A stretch of DNA of 64,000 nucleotides, taken from positions 4,827-68,826 of the forward strand of contig JAUCBJ010005855.1 in NCBI GenBank assembly GCA_032718475.1. The letters are read 5' to 3'. This document shows, piece after piece, positions 63,991-64,000 of the stretch. The notes under the pieces are model-generated. The model was given only the letters and a program-made list of their open reading frames with translations. It did not search any database and was not told the DNA's origin. This DNA is from Nemertoderma westbladi (lineage: Eukaryota > Animalia > Xenacoelomorpha). Numbering within the stretch: the stretch's first letter is position 1; each line of letters begins with the position of its first letter. Position numbers and translations under genes: made by a program.

Positions 63991-64000
63991 GACCCCCCTG

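Overview
AT-rich eukaryotic DNA, most likely an invertebrate animal (spliceosomal introns, F-type lectin gene). One intact host gene, a five-exon secreted two-domain F-type lectin on the minus strand at 6630-10427, sits in a nest of retroelements. From left to right: an unknown decayed ORF; a Penelope-like GIY-YIG fragment with a hammerhead ribozyme; a LINE RT relic; an 18.4-kb BEL/Pao LTR retrotransposon (element 1, 11027-29409); a distantly related decayed BEL/Pao element on the minus strand (element 2) carrying nested MITE and RTE-like LINE insertions; an internally deleted, partly tandem sibling of element 1 (element 3, minus strand) carrying a nested solo LTR; and a CRE-like non-LTR element. 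Two signals stand out. (i) A 20-nt quasi-palindrome GGAAGGCTYGCGAGCCTACC occurs 12 times in element 1 and 8 times in element 3, always in the element's sense orientation, in all three codon registers and in non-coding DNA, with a compensatory variant. (ii) Both BEL/Pao families carry, in the env position, a homologous ~1250-aa accessory ORF (Cys/His domain + DEDDy-like exonuclease + three CCHC knuckles), with candidate splice signals for a subgenomic mRNA. All assignments are by eye from motifs; no database searches were run.
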